A DNA stretch of 63,651 bases, counting the filler, from Ministeria vibrans ATCC 50519 (Eukaryota > Protista > Filasterea), in NCBI GenBank assembly GCA_943704425.1. It is 5 parts of 5 records of this genome, joined end to end, with 100 filler letters (N's around TTAATTAATTAA, not from the genome) between each part and the next. Parts side by side here need not be neighbours in the genome. Positions count along the whole stretch, not along the records: positions 1 to 23,088 come from CALSCP010000871.1; 4 more parts are not named here. One strand, written 5' to 3'. The position numbers and the translations under genes are program-made. Below, piece by piece: positions 1 to 12,504 of this stretch. Every line of letters starts with the position of its first letter. Positions within the stretch are counted from its first letter, which is position 1. The notes beneath the pieces were generated by a model, which was not told the DNA's origin, made no database searches, and was given only the letters and a program-made list of their open reading frames with translations.

Positions 1-106
<106 letters not shown>

Positions 107-190
107 TAAAAATAAAAATAAAAATATTCATAATAAAAATTATTATGAATATTAATTATTATTCTTATTATGATAAATGTCCTCTTCCAG

Positions 191-1482
191 TCCCCTTTGG
201 AGACACTACAGGAGCAACGTGCAACACTCGTGAGCGACCAAGACAAGTTTGACAAGTTTCTTGTGTCGGTGCGGGACCACAAGGCAAACCATGAGCGCAA
301 GTTGAGCGAGCACAAACAGGAACTGGAGACGCGCGAACAGGAGCTGAGTGCACTTGAGAGCGAGCGATCCGAACTGCTCTCAGTGCTTGAGAAACAGGAA
401 CTGTCGGCTCAGGATGTGGAGCGGATCACTCGTGACCGCACTCAGTTGGAGGAGTCACTGCGATCAGTCGCAATGCGCAAAGAGGGACTCGACAAGACAG
501 TGTGGGAGCGCGAAATGAACGCAGCAAAGAGTCTCGAAGAGCTCGAGAAGACTGTCAATGCCTACCACAAACAAGCAGAGAAGGTACATTTTAAACACAC
601 ACATACACACATATATACACACACTAAGCATATTATCCCACTCTGTCCTTCTCTTACCCTTCTTTCGCCACCTCTTCTTTCAGCTGAATTTGCTCCCTCT
701 TGACGCTCCCAACGCACAAGGCACCGATTTCCGTCTCCAGCTGCACCTCCACGCTCCCCGTCCGGACCAGATTCTTTCTGTGGATCTCAAGGGTGTTGTG
801 AAGCCATCACTCCATAAGATTCGTGATCGATTCAATGCTGATCTGATGACTGCACAGGAACAGGTTAGAATCATATGCACTCACTCACTGTCACTTCTCA
901 CTCATTGCCTCACCCTTTCCTCACTCATTGCGTCATTCACTTTTCAATCATCGTCTCACTCATTGTCTCGCTCATCGTCTCACCCATCACTGCCACTCCT
1001 CGGACTTTACTATAGTTGGCTCAAGCACAAGAACAACTTGAGCAAATCAATGATGTTGCAACGGAAAAGAGTGACGCAGTGGCCCTCCTCGACGCAAAAC
1101 TTGCTTCACTTGAAGCACAGCACAAAGTAAAGCACTCACACACAGCGACACATAGAGCTTCACTCACTATCGCTCATAGGAGGACAAAGAGGCATTTTCC
1201 GCTAAGTACAAAGCACAGACGCGCACTCTCAGCGACCTTGAGACGCAGTTGCAGCGACTGCGCCTGAGCAGCGACACGGGACTGAACGAGAGTGAACGAC
1301 AGGTGCGCAAACAGCAGTGCGAAGTCGACGCACTAAGCGCACAGATGGCGAGTGCGACGCAGACAGCCAATGCCACAATGGTTCAGCTGGTGGAGATGGT
1401 CACAGACCATAAGAGTCGCGTGGGCGAGCGACTGAAGGAGTTGCTGGCCCACTGTGCGCACAATCAGTCATTGCTTGAGTGA
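191..1482 (+). CDS. NDC80: Kinetochore protein Ndc80/HEC1, C-terminal coiled-coil part (5' truncated, multi-exon)
   Basis: Spliced coiled coil contains the Ndc80 loop LEKTVNAYHKQAEK|LNLLPLDAPNAQGTDFRLQL...VDLKGVVKPSL. GT-AG introns start at ~583, ~863 and ~1127; TGA at 1480-1482. Confidence 0.8.
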
Positions 1483-1697
1483 TCAAATAGTGTGTGTGTG
1501 TGTGTGTGTGACTGAATGAGAGAGAGAGATTATCCACAATGAAGAAAAAAAAACAAATAGAATCAAATGATTTACAAAAAAAAAAAACACCCCTCTCTCC
1601 CACTCTTTCTCTCTCTTTTTTTACTCTCATTATCAAACGAACAACAGCAAAATTAATGATCTTAAATTTTAATAATGAATATTTTATTATGAACAGC

Positions 1698-2585
1698 TTA
1701 CATGAAATGGGAAGTGTACGAGGCGCTTGAAGGAGCGCGCTCGAGCTCAGGAGGATTGAGGGAGGCAGAGGAGGCAAGGGTAGGGAGTGACGGGGCAACA
1801 GTGTCGTCGGCTTCCTTGTGGCTGTCGAAGATATTGTCTCTGCTGCCATTGGACGATGCGCTCGGGATGGTGTTGTTGTTATCAGCATCGCATTCAGTCA
1901 CTGACTGAGTGGGCGCTGAGGACGTTGCGGCAGCCAGTGTGGGAGGAGCTGTATCGAGCGATCCTGTGTCGTTCGCAGCGACGGCGGTGTCGGTGAGGAG
2001 GGGCATGGCAGGGTCGGATGCGCTGGCGGTGGGGGTGGGGGTGGGCTTTACGTCTGGCAACGTGGTTTGGCTGATGCGTCGGTAGTGCGCCTCGAAGACC
2101 GACTCTTCGATGACGGGCCGGTTGCCGGCGACAATGATGAACACACCCGAGCTGGTTCGCGTCGTGAGGGCCGCGGGGGGGGCGTCCTCGACGCGATAGT
2201 CGTTTCCAAGATCAAGATCAATGGATTGTCGCGTTGACTCGGACATGGGCTTGAATCCGGCGAGAGCACCAATGCCAGCATTACTCTGGCCACGGCGGAG
2301 ACCCTCGCGAAACTGCTGGAGACGTAGAACTTCGTCTGCAGACATTTTATGGGTATCTTCGTTTCGCTGTGCTTTTTTGGTTCGCTGGTAATCGTTCGCC
2401 GTCTCCGCCAGCGTACTGCGGCGATCGATTGCAGCGGCAGTCTGCGGGCGCGGCTGCGTCAACGACGTCTGCTCGTTGATCTCCAGCGTCAACGACGTGG
2501 CTGTGTCGCTCCGTTCCAGCTTGACGACGCGCCCTTCAATTTCAACGTGTTCCGGCTCGCCGTCGTCCATACAACAGCAAAACAT
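1698..2585 (-). CDS. Hypothetical 295-aa protein with N-terminal MFCCC cysteine cluster, otherwise S/T/A/P-rich
   Basis: Single uninterrupted GC-rich ORF between AT-rich flanks; no recognised domain. Confidence 0.7.
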   Translation of the reverse strand: MFCCCMDDGEPEHVEIEGRVVKLERSDTATSLTLEINEQTSLTQPRPQTAAAIDRRSTLAETANDYQRTKKAQRNEDTHKMSADEVLRLQQFREGLRRGQSNAGIGALAGFKPMSESTRQSIDLDLGNDYRVEDAPPAALTTRTSSGVFIIVAGNRPVIEESVFEAHYRRISQTTLPDVKPTPTPTASASDPAMPLLTDTAVAANDTGSLDTAPPTLAAATSSAPTQSVTECDADNNNTIPSASSNGSRDNIFDSHKEADDTVAPSLPTLASSASLNPPELERAPSSASYTSHFM

Positions 2586-3072
2586 TGCAGCCCGCCCTTG
2601 AGATCCCCTTCCCTTCTTGACTCTATGCAGTTGCGTAAGCAGGAGACTAAAAAAGATAAGACTTAAGCTGAGTTAGTCGGATCCCTAAGACGTTTATAAT
2701 TATCCAAGATCTGACTATCGTTATCAGTCAAAATCGCATACCGACCGCAGGCAACAACAGGCCGTGGGGGAGGGGGGGGTCTCTTCTCAGTCGAGCTATT
2801 CTAGACTCAAAATAAGACTCTACTCACTCTGGTGGACTGGTGGAGTTCACCGGACCTTTTATATGCTCTGCTCTATAAAGGGGCAAGTTTCTATGGAGAT
2901 CCCTTGAAAGAATGAAAAAATAATTATGAAAAGAAAAGAAAAACTTAATATTATTATTAAGTCTACGGCGGAAGTATTGTGATGTATGCTATATATAGTT
3001 TTGTTTTGACATTGAGTACAGCTCTCGATTCTCTATGTATTTTCTTAATATCATAATTAATACAGTTGTTTA

Positions 3073-5187
3073 CTACTCGTCACTCACTCTGTCACCCACG
3101 AGTCTCGCCAACAAAGCCGCCACCTTCTCATGTATCTGGTGATCTTTTTCGCTCCCGCCACCATCCCCTTCGTCCACCACAAGACGTGCCAACTCTTCCG
3201 CAACACTCTTGTTGTGTTGCACTCGCTCGCGTATTTGCTCCACACTCTCCTCCAACGCTATCCGTTCTGCTCCCGCACGTCGCAACTTCTCTTCCGCCTC
3301 ATCCGCGTCGTCTTCCCGCGCAAGCATCCGCGCCCGCAGCTCCTCCATCTCCTCCTGCTTCCCTTTCACATCCTCCTCCATCATCCGAGTGCGCGACTCC
3401 AAATCACAGATGCGCTGTTGCGCGCTAAACAGCTCAGTCGACTGTCCCGTCTCCCGCACAACCGCACTCTCTTCTGCCATCGCCAATTGCATCTCAAGGC
3501 CTTCAACGCGCTTCAGCAGCGTCGCAATCTTTGCATCGCGCAGCTCAATGTCACTCTGTGCCGCCGCAAACCCTTCATTCAAATCCCGTTCCAACTGCGC
3601 CACAACCGACTGCGACTCACTCAGTTGTCGTTCCAGTCGCACCGGCTTCAACACATCCTCTCCACCACTACTACTAACACCACTACTATTCATAATAGCC
3701 CCACTTACACCACTCTGGTTGCTTGTGCGTCGTCCGCCGCTCTTCTTCCTCGAGCGATGTGCGTCCAACTCCTTTTGCAATGACTCAATGCGCTCCATCT
3801 GCTCTGCTCGCATCCCCTCTAAATGCTCAATCAGATTCCCTTTGTCCCTTAACTCCGCCTCAAGCACCCGAATGTCCTGCGTGATCTCACGCACCTCATG
3901 CAGCGTCATGTCCATTTGCTCCGACAGCTCCTCTACTTGCTCGTCCTTCTCACTCAGTGCGCTTGCTGTACGTCGCAGCTTGTCTCGCAGCACAGGTGCA
4001 TCCAGCGCATTCACGGCCTCTGGCTCGCTCGTCAGCACCAACGCCGCCACGACCATCGCATCATCTGTTGCCGCAATCGCGCGTGCCTCCGCCGATAGTG
4101 TACTTGGCAGCGCAGTCGCACTTCTTTTGCGTGGAACGTGCACAGTGTCACTTGTGTCGTCCGTGCCTGACGCCAGTGTATACGAGTTGGATCGAGCACG
4201 CGACAGCGACGACCGCCGCGATCGTCGACGTGACAACTGTGCCTCGCGCTCTGCCAATTGTCGCTGAGTGACTTCCAGCTGGGCGCGCAACGTCGTCATG
4301 TCCTCCTTTTGTGCCGCCACAACGGCCGCCTCCCGCTCCGATATAGACACTTCAAGGTTGCGTAGACGTTCAGAGGACGCCTGCAGTTGCGCCATCTTTC
4401 CTTGGATTTTCGCCTCTTCTGCACGCAAGGCTCTAGCGCGCGCTTCGTCTTGATTTGCAGTTGAGACGGGCGGCGCAGGGAGAGATCGAGGTGACGAGGG
4501 CAACGACCGTTTGTTGGGCTGCAATGTTGTCGCAGCTGTCGTCTCAGTTGCTGTGGTCTCGACAACAACGACGCTGCTGTCGTCGTCGCCGTCAGCCTCT
4601 TGGGGACTGCTGGTGACTGTGTCGGCGTGACTTTCACCGGTACGGCTGCCCTGACGAGAAAGGGGTGTGGCACTGGCCGAGCGCTCTTCGAGGACTACTT
4701 GTTCAAGGGTCGCTTTGCTTCGTCGCAACTGGTCGTTGGTGTGCTGGGCGGCCTCAAGACGTGACTGGAGGTCTGCGGCGCGATTTGAGACTTGCGCAAG
4801 TTCGTCGCGAAGGGTCGCCGTCTCCTGCTCCCGTATCTCCTCGGAGCGAGCCTCGAGCAGGTACTCGTTGTACTTGAACAACTCAAGGGTAAGCGCGTTG
4901 GTGCGCCGTTCGCTCTCGCGTAGATTCGCTTCGACAATGACGCGCGATGTTTTGGTTTTGCGCGAGGGTCGGCCGAGTCGCTTCAATTCGGCAAACAGAC
5001 GGACGCGGAGCAGTAGCTCCTGGTCGGTACGCTTGCGTAGATCATTGAACGACTCCTGGAGCACAGTGCGGCGCTCGCAGTTGCCCAGGTGGCCGTAAGG
5101 GCGTCGCTCCAACTCAATGGGAACGCCAAAGAGCTTCGAGAGCTTTTTCATGCGGCTGTCGCTGCAACTGCCATGCTTCACCGACAT
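3073..5187 (-). CDS. Long coiled-coil protein (~700 aa), function unknown
   Basis: Intronless ORF rich in E/R/Q/L heptads; likely start MSVKHG at 5187. Confidence 0.75.
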   Translation of the reverse strand: MSVKHGSCSDSRMKKLSKLFGVPIELERRPYGHLGNCERRTVLQESFNDLRKRTDQELLLRVRLFAELKRLGRPSRKTKTSRVIVEANLRESERRTNALTLELFKYNEYLLEARSEEIREQETATLRDELAQVSNRAADLQSRLEAAQHTNDQLRRSKATLEQVVLEERSASATPLSRQGSRTGESHADTVTSSPQEADGDDDSSVVVVETTATETTAATTLQPNKRSLPSSPRSLPAPPVSTANQDEARARALRAEEAKIQGKMAQLQASSERLRNLEVSISEREAAVVAAQKEDMTTLRAQLEVTQRQLAEREAQLSRRRSRRSSLSRARSNSYTLASGTDDTSDTVHVPRKRSATALPSTLSAEARAIAATDDAMVVAALVLTSEPEAVNALDAPVLRDKLRRTASALSEKDEQVEELSEQMDMTLHEVREITQDIRVLEAELRDKGNLIEHLEGMRAEQMERIESLQKELDAHRSRKKSGGRRTSNQSGVSGAIMNSSGVSSSGGEDVLKPVRLERQLSESQSVVAQLERDLNEGFAAAQSDIELRDAKIATLLKRVEGLEMQLAMAEESAVVRETGQSTELFSAQQRICDLESRTRMMEEDVKGKQEEMEELRARMLAREDDADEAEEKLRRAGAERIALEESVEQIRERVQHNKSVAEELARLVVDEGDGGGSEKDHQIHEKVAALLARLVGDRVSDE

Positions 5188-5542
5188 GAAAATACTAAAA
5201 TGTGTGCGTGTGTATCTTAGAGGTGTGGCAAAGGATAAGAAATTTAGAGACAAAAAAGTTCAGAGTAAAGAGACAGTGATTGACGTCAATCAACCCAAAT
5301 AAATAATAATAATACGTTTTTTGTTATAATAAAAATGGTTAGAAATAAAAATCAATCAGAAATTCAGATGGTATAGTCACTATAGTGCACTCAACTGAGT
5401 GAGTCAAGTCTCAAGTCTCAAGTGGCTCTTTCATAATAATAATACTAATTATTATTCTTATTATTATTAACTTTTTAAAACAAATTTTTTCTTTACAATC
5501 AATGGGTCTGTCTGGCCTGTCACTCGCGCCCTTGCCGTCTGT

Positions 5543-8500
5543 TTAGGTGAATGCGCGAATAGGCACAATAAACTCCTTCTGACCAACGGAGGGTGTGAGG
5601 TTCTCATCGCGCAGAAACAACAGAGGAAGATCGACCAAAAGACCGCGGGGACCGGTCAAGGGGTCGCGCAGGAGCGACAGTGCACGTCGGGGGTTGTTCA
5701 CCGCCATAGCTCGACCTTTATTCAGTGGAAAGAAAGGAAGATGTAACATGAGCGATGGTGATGAATAATGATTTGATGGGTACGCATTTGAACTGCTTTC
5801 CAGGAACTCAGTTGATTGAAGTTGGTGAGTTGGTCGTCGGGAAGACACGCAAAGAGCGAACGGTACAACAGAGTGTTGTGGTGCGACGAAGAATGCCAGA
5901 CGTCACGATAGAACTACAAACATAATCTCAATAAAACGTAGTCTGTACCTTTTTCTGCTTGTCAAACACCTTACCGCATCACTCAAAACGTCCATTGCGC
6001 TCTCTCCATTCAGCTCACGCCCCAAAAATTCCTCAAACAAATGTTTCCGCAGCGAGTGACAGAACCGACCAGCCATAAACTCACGACCATCGAGAGTGGT
6101 TGGAACCTAAACACAATTGGTGATAGTTGTTTTGAATGGTGAGTCGTTATTGTTATTGGGAATAGATCAGTAGGGCGTGGGTTGTCATTGTTGGGGCAAG
6201 GGGTTGGAGTTACGTCGATTTCAGTGTCGCGAATGTAGAGACAGACTTCCGAGTCGCGTGAGCCCAACATAGAGCGGTCGTTGATGTTGGCACTGCCAAT
6301 AATCGCACAGCGGTCATCGCAAATCAGTGCTTTCGAGTGCACATACACCTTCACGTAAAACAATACAAGACCATTAACACAACAGTACAGACTGATTTAA
6401 TGGGAACTGACTTGTTCCGTTGTGGGCCCATTGGGCAGAACCCCAAACGTGCGAAGACCGTGAAACGTAATAAAGTCGCTCACTGTTTTGTTACAATGCT
6501 CAGTGGTCTAAAAAAAAAACTTAGTTCAGTGCAAAAAGTTGGATCGACGAAGAGTGAATGAATTGGTACGTCAATGAGAGTCTGAATGCGCTCACAAAGA
6601 GAATTCCCGCCCGCGCGACAGATTGAGCGGTAGTTCCAATGAATTACAGTCTGGAGTGACGCACCCGATCGCTCACCAAGTTCACCTGACATGAAAGAGA
6701 AACAGAGAGTGAGTGAGTCAGTGAGGGAGATAGGCGTTGGTTAGTCCAAGTGAGATTTATCTGTTTTCTGCGTCAGTGATTGACACATTAGGGCATGCTA
6801 ACCTTCAAAGGCGGGTAAAAGCGGCATGACGACAATCACACGGAAGTTCTGCGTAAGTTCAATGGCACGTGCAATGCGACTGAACAGGGCATCCGCGATG
6901 CGATTGTACACGTGGTCTCCTTGAAGACTGCGTGTGTGAAAGACAAAGTAGAAGAGACAATTTAGCGGTGGTGTTATTGAAAGGAAAGTGACTGATAAAC
7001 CTGACGGATTCGCTCAGATCCACCCAATGACATTACAAAAACACCCATTAACTCATTCGTTGAGAAGCTGTCACACGCATTCACACACCAAATGACCCAG
7101 TCGTTTTCACACCATTTCATACCTTGAAATGAAGAACTGGTTCTCAATGTAGACATAGTGTTGGCTCTGCTCAATGAGATCGCAGTATGCCTGTTGGATA
7201 CTGCTGTCCGTCGCATGGCCACTGCTCCACTCGCCGCACGACCGCAACAGCTACACACAACACAATCAGTATCCCATTTAAGTTGTCTCATTGTTATTAC
7301 TTGGGCCGAGCAGGAAAAACCGGGCGAGAAGAAGGAAGGAGTGAGAGTGGCGGAGGGGTCAAGAGGACCGCGAGGGATGAGAAAAGGACATTTGGGGTTG
7401 CGCGAGACGGACGGATGGACTGTCTTGATGTGGTTCCAGCGACGCACAAAATGGTATGCAACGTCGCGCGCAGCAGCACCCGTCACGCCCACCGACATGT
7501 CGTGCCACGGCAACCGGGGCGTCCGGTGACGCGCAATCGAATCCGAAAAAGGATCGCGTAGGTTGAAGAAGTCGCGCACAAGAGGGTTGGAGTAGTCCTT
7601 GCCGGGAAAGATGGGATGCAATGGATTTCCGGACGAACCACTGTCGTCAGCAGATGCACCGGCTGCTGATTCATCTTCAACACACTCCATTCCAGTCGCA
7701 ATTGAGAAGCGCGACAGCTTATCCCCTTCGACAAAGTCAAACTCAAGCACCAGCTGGCCCGTGTACGGGCGGCTCGACACGGCACCTTCGGGCGCACCCA
7801 CATCCAACACGACCACCGTCTGCACGTTGCCCGTAGGCAGACACCCCAGCACTGAATCTACTGCACGCATGCGCTTCCCACGGCGCCGCACACGCTCCAA
7901 CACATCCCGTGCATTCCCCACCATGTGCGTCACCTTTTCCTTCAGTCGATCACCCGCAGTCACTGCAACAGGCTCTTCTTGAGTCGACTCCGCACTCGCA
8001 CTTTCTCCCACACCGCTTCCAACGGGTCGCTTGCTTTCTTCGGGCAGTCGCTCTTGCTCCCGCTCTTGCTCCTCCAGCTCACGACGATGCTCTCGCTCTC
8101 GCTCCAACATGTCCTTCAGCGATATGCTCACTTGTCCCAACAGGTCGTCGCGCGCGAGTCGGTCGCGATCGTACACCGTGATAACCAGACGCGCCTCAAG
8201 ATCGGTGCAGGAAAAGTTGAAAATCTCATTCCAGACAGGATGGCAGGTGCGCGCGCAAATGCGCGACGTGTGCTTCTCACCTTCGAACTCAATCACAAAG
8301 TACGGGTCACTCGAGCGCGAAATGAAGTCGCGTGCGCTCAAATGACAGGCACCAGCCACACGCAAATGAAGCATCCCAAGTGGTCCATGGCGCACCCGTG
8401 ACGGCGAGAGCGCTTGTGGAGAAGACACGACATTGGCAGGGTCGAGAGAAGCTGAGGCGGCAGTGGTCGCGGCAAGAGTCGCATGAGATGCAGCAACTAC

Positions 8501-11458
8501 GTCAATTCCCGTGCTGATGTTGCGACCGCTATTGAGGGGCTCGCTAGTGAACATGTCCGTGAGACGATGGTCGGCCGTATCGTAGCGCCCAAAGCACAGG
8601 TCAATGCCACCGACAAAGGCCAACGACTGGTCCACCACAACAAGCTTCTCGTGGTGCGCCCACAGCCACACTCCTTGGGCCTGGTGCGCCGGATGACGCA
8701 CGCATGTGATGTTTTCGTGGAGCTGATTGAGTCGGTCGACTGAGTACTCGCTGTCAAGCGCCACGGCCATCTCTACATTGTGGTAGAGCACAATAAAAAT
8801 GCGCACTCCATCGGCCGCCTTGCGTCCCAGCACCATGTCAAGCCGGAAGGTGTCGTCAAGGCCCGTGAGCGACGTGCCCGTCGGGTCGGGGCAACGGCGC
8901 AGGTACAGCTCGGGCGAGAGCCACCAGTCCGCAATGTAAATCTCCTCACGGGCACTCAGCAGTGTCTGGTAGACCGCTTCAAGATAAGCATCGCCATGTA
9001 CAAAGTACTGTGCAGTGGAGCCCACACGCACGGGGAAGGACGAGCGGTGCGGTTGGGGTGCAGCAAGAAGAGAAGTGCGCAGCAAGTGGCTCGTCTCAAA
9101 CTCAACGTTGCGCATGAACCGTCGCGAGGCACACTTGAGACGCAGATCGCCATAGAACATGTTAGACAGCACAATACCGCCAATGGTGCGAGTCGCATTG
9201 TAGCCGGCACGCAATTCAAACGATGAGTCAAACTGCGCCACGGCAAGCACATTCACAGTGCCTTCCTGCACCACAATGAGACAGTGCTCCTTGAGAATGA
9301 GCCAAGCGTCGCGCCACCGACGACTCAGACGGCTAATCATATTCAAACACCCTTGCTGACGCGACCGCTCGCCGCCCGTGCGCATGCTCACCGCACCCTC
9401 GCTGCCCTTGGGGCCCAGGTCGCGCACAAATGAAAACGGTGAGACTTCCAGAAAGCGCATCACGGCGGGATGGTGCAGCACCACGTCGTCGTGGAGGAGT
9501 CGCTCAAAGAAGCGCGAGAACACATCGCGCAAGGTTTGTCGATCGCGACCCAATAACAAAGAGGGAATCGTCGGGGAGGTGGGAGAAGAAGGAGTGGCAG
9601 TGGCAGTGGAAGAAGAGAAGGAAGATACGGGACGAGAGGGAGGAGCGTCGCTCTCGGAAACAAAGTGGCGTCGGGGAAAGTCTGGAAGTACACCACCAGC
9701 GAGCTGTTGGCTGAGAAGCCGGTCGCGAGTAAGACGGACGTGGAGCTCGACAAGCTGGCGACGACGACGGCGGATGAGCCAAGAAAAGTCGCCATAGCGC
9801 AGTTCAATGGTAAAGACAACCTGGCCAATGTGAAAGCGCGAGACGCTCTCTTCGGCAACAATTTCAAACTGCAGCAGAGAGTGATCGAAGCGCATGCGCT
9901 TGGGGGTCATGGGCTCGAGAAGGGCGGCAAAAGGAAGGCCGCGCGTCGGATGGATGACAAAGGACTCGTCTGAGTCGTGCAAAAGCGCACTGGCGCTCAC
10001 GGGCATTGAAAAGGAAAATGACGATGCTGGAACGGTGCCTGTGTCGTAGTCGTTGGCTGCGGAAGGGTACACAATGGACCCGGAGGAGGAGGAGGACCCC
10101 CCGGAGTGAATGGAGTATAATGGTGGTGCGGCGGCGGGGGCGGTGTCGGCGGCGACAGCGGTGGTCGTGGTGGCAAAGGAGGTACATGGGGTAACGGTGG
10201 TTGTTGATGAGTGTGGTGTTGCGTCAGGCTCTGGGCCGGATGATGGTAAGATGGTTGAGGCTGCCGAGCCTCGTGGGGAGTGAGTGAGGAAAGGGTGCGC
10301 CACGACAGAGCCAGAAGAGGCGGGGCGGGATGTTGTTATTGCTTCTGATGCTGCTGTTGATGCTACTAATGCTGCTGCTGCTGCTGTAGTAGTAGTAGTG
10401 GTGGTGGTGGTGGTAGCAGTAGAAGTTGTTTGTGCTGTTGTTGCTGATGGATTGTTTGGAGTCGCTGGTGTGTGCAACATGTCGTCTAGGATGGATGATG
10501 TAGAGACAGGGCGCTGTGTTGGTGCGAGGGTGGTCACAATGGGAATGTCGGCGCCCAACGTCGCCACAAGGTGGTCGGGGTCGTCGGAGTCGTTGTCGGG
10601 AAAGTCAGACTGGCGATCACCAACCATGACTGAGTCAGCCTCCTCTTCGTCGTCAAGCTCGGCCCCCTCCTCATTGTCATTGCCAACGCCACCGGTTGTC
10701 TTTTCGTCGTGATCGACCGGAAGTGCAACCGCCGCATGCTTGCCCTTCTTCTTCTTCTTCTTCTTGCGCGCGCGCGCCGTGCTGTCTCTGCCGCTCAGCT
10801 GTTCGTTGCTCAGGTTGTTCTTGTCGACGACGACAACGGCATGGCGCGCAGGCGAATACACAATGGCGGAAATGGACGTGGCTGCGACCGAGGTGCCTGC
10901 CCAGTCGCCATCTCCATCGGACGTGACCGAGCCCACGCCGGCGTCGACGGAGAAGCCAAACATCGAGCTGGCCGCTCCGTCGCCGGCGCGCGACATGGAG
11001 CGCGAATATTCGCCACTGTCGTCGTCAACCTCGTCGCTTTCGACGACGACACGACGCAGTGGCGTGCTCTCTGAGAGCCTGTCAAGCCTGGACGGGCTCC
11101 CGCTGGCCGGCAAGAGCTCTGTGAGGCCGAGGGCGTCACCCGACAGCGATTCGTTGGGAGTCAGCGACAACAAAGCGGCGGCGCGCGACGTCCTCGACGG
11201 CCCTTCTTCCTCGGCCGACAGCGGAGGGAGACCGATGCACCCTGCGTCTTCGTCGTCGCCCCCGTCGACACTCGTCACCTCGTCCAGATGGGGTGTAAGA
11301 ACGACTGCTTCCGTCGAAATGCTTCTCTTGCGACTTTTCTTGGGTCCCTTGCTGCCGAAACTGCCCGTTCTAGGGGGCGGCTGAGCAGACGGCATGGCAG
11401 AAGAGCTGGCCGTCGCTCCAGCCGAGGCTCCCTGGGCGGTGGGGATGCCGTCGGGCAT
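5543..11458 (-). CDS. PLD1: Phospholipase D1/2-type (PX-PH-HKD1-[C2 insert]-HKD2), multi-exon
   Basis: PX-like [17 protein letters not shown]; [17 protein letters not shown]; HKD1 [28 protein letters not shown]; FPGKDYSN and PRLPWHD; HKD2 [34 protein letters not shown]; C-terminal [11 protein letters not shown]. Confidence 0.93.
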
Positions 11459-12504
11459 GGACTAATTCAATTTTCAGAAAATAAATTAAAATGATCGATA
11501 CCATTTTAACATTTCTGTCATTTTTAAAATTTGAAACTCGAATCACTCGATCAGTCTTTCTCCTCTCCTTTTCCGTTGTCGGGGGTTCTTCTTGTAGTTC
11601 AAGCTGCACTAGCGTGAGACGTGACGATGGAGGTCGATGGCGAGACACACTCCGTTGAATCAGTCAAAGAGGCAACGAGAGCAATGAAGCACGTCAACAA
11701 AGACCTGGGTACCGACCATGCACTTGCACACGTGCTGTTTGTTCAACCCATTCAGTCGTCGTTGACGGTTGAATGTGCTGTGTGAGTGTGTATGAATTGT
11801 GTGTTGTCATCTTGACAACTTATTCATCTTCAACAGATGTTATGCGTCTCGTTCCACCGCCAGCTGCATCGCCCCGTGTCTCTGCAATACTCACTGCTTC
11901 GCTTGAACGCACCAGTCTCGAACGAATGTTGATTTGCGTTGTTTTGTGTAGCGGCGACCGTTGTGACCCTCCAAGAGTGTCGTGCGCAGCTGACGGCCAT
12001 GCAAGAGTCTCAGCTTGCTATTGGGGCTGTTGTGCGCCCGTTTGCTAGTGCTATCACCGGCTCTGTTGTAAAATTGTAACTTGTGTGTGTGAACTGTAAC
12101 AGACGAACAGTGTTTAGAAGTTGGACGCTCACTTTCACTTTTAGTCCTCTCTTGAGACTATTGAGACTCGAAAGAAAGAGAGCGCGATCACAAACCCGCG
12201 TTTGACGTGACTGAGACATGCGTCTCACAAGCGTAGCAAAGAATTCAAAAAGAGCTTATCATGTCATCATTATTGATTGCGAATCATCAGGAGAATAGTC
12301 CGCCAAGTAGCAGTCACGACAATGAAATAATTGGATCGTTTGGCGTTTCCAGGAGTGATCAGTTGATGCAGCTTCTCGTGTTGAATGCGCGATGAGTCAT
12401 ATAAGTCCAATTCAAGTCATGATCGTTTATATAATTATTCAAAATTTGACAACGCTACTCTCTTTGAGTTTTGACTCTTTCACTTTCCTTCTTCCCTCTC
12501 CAAC

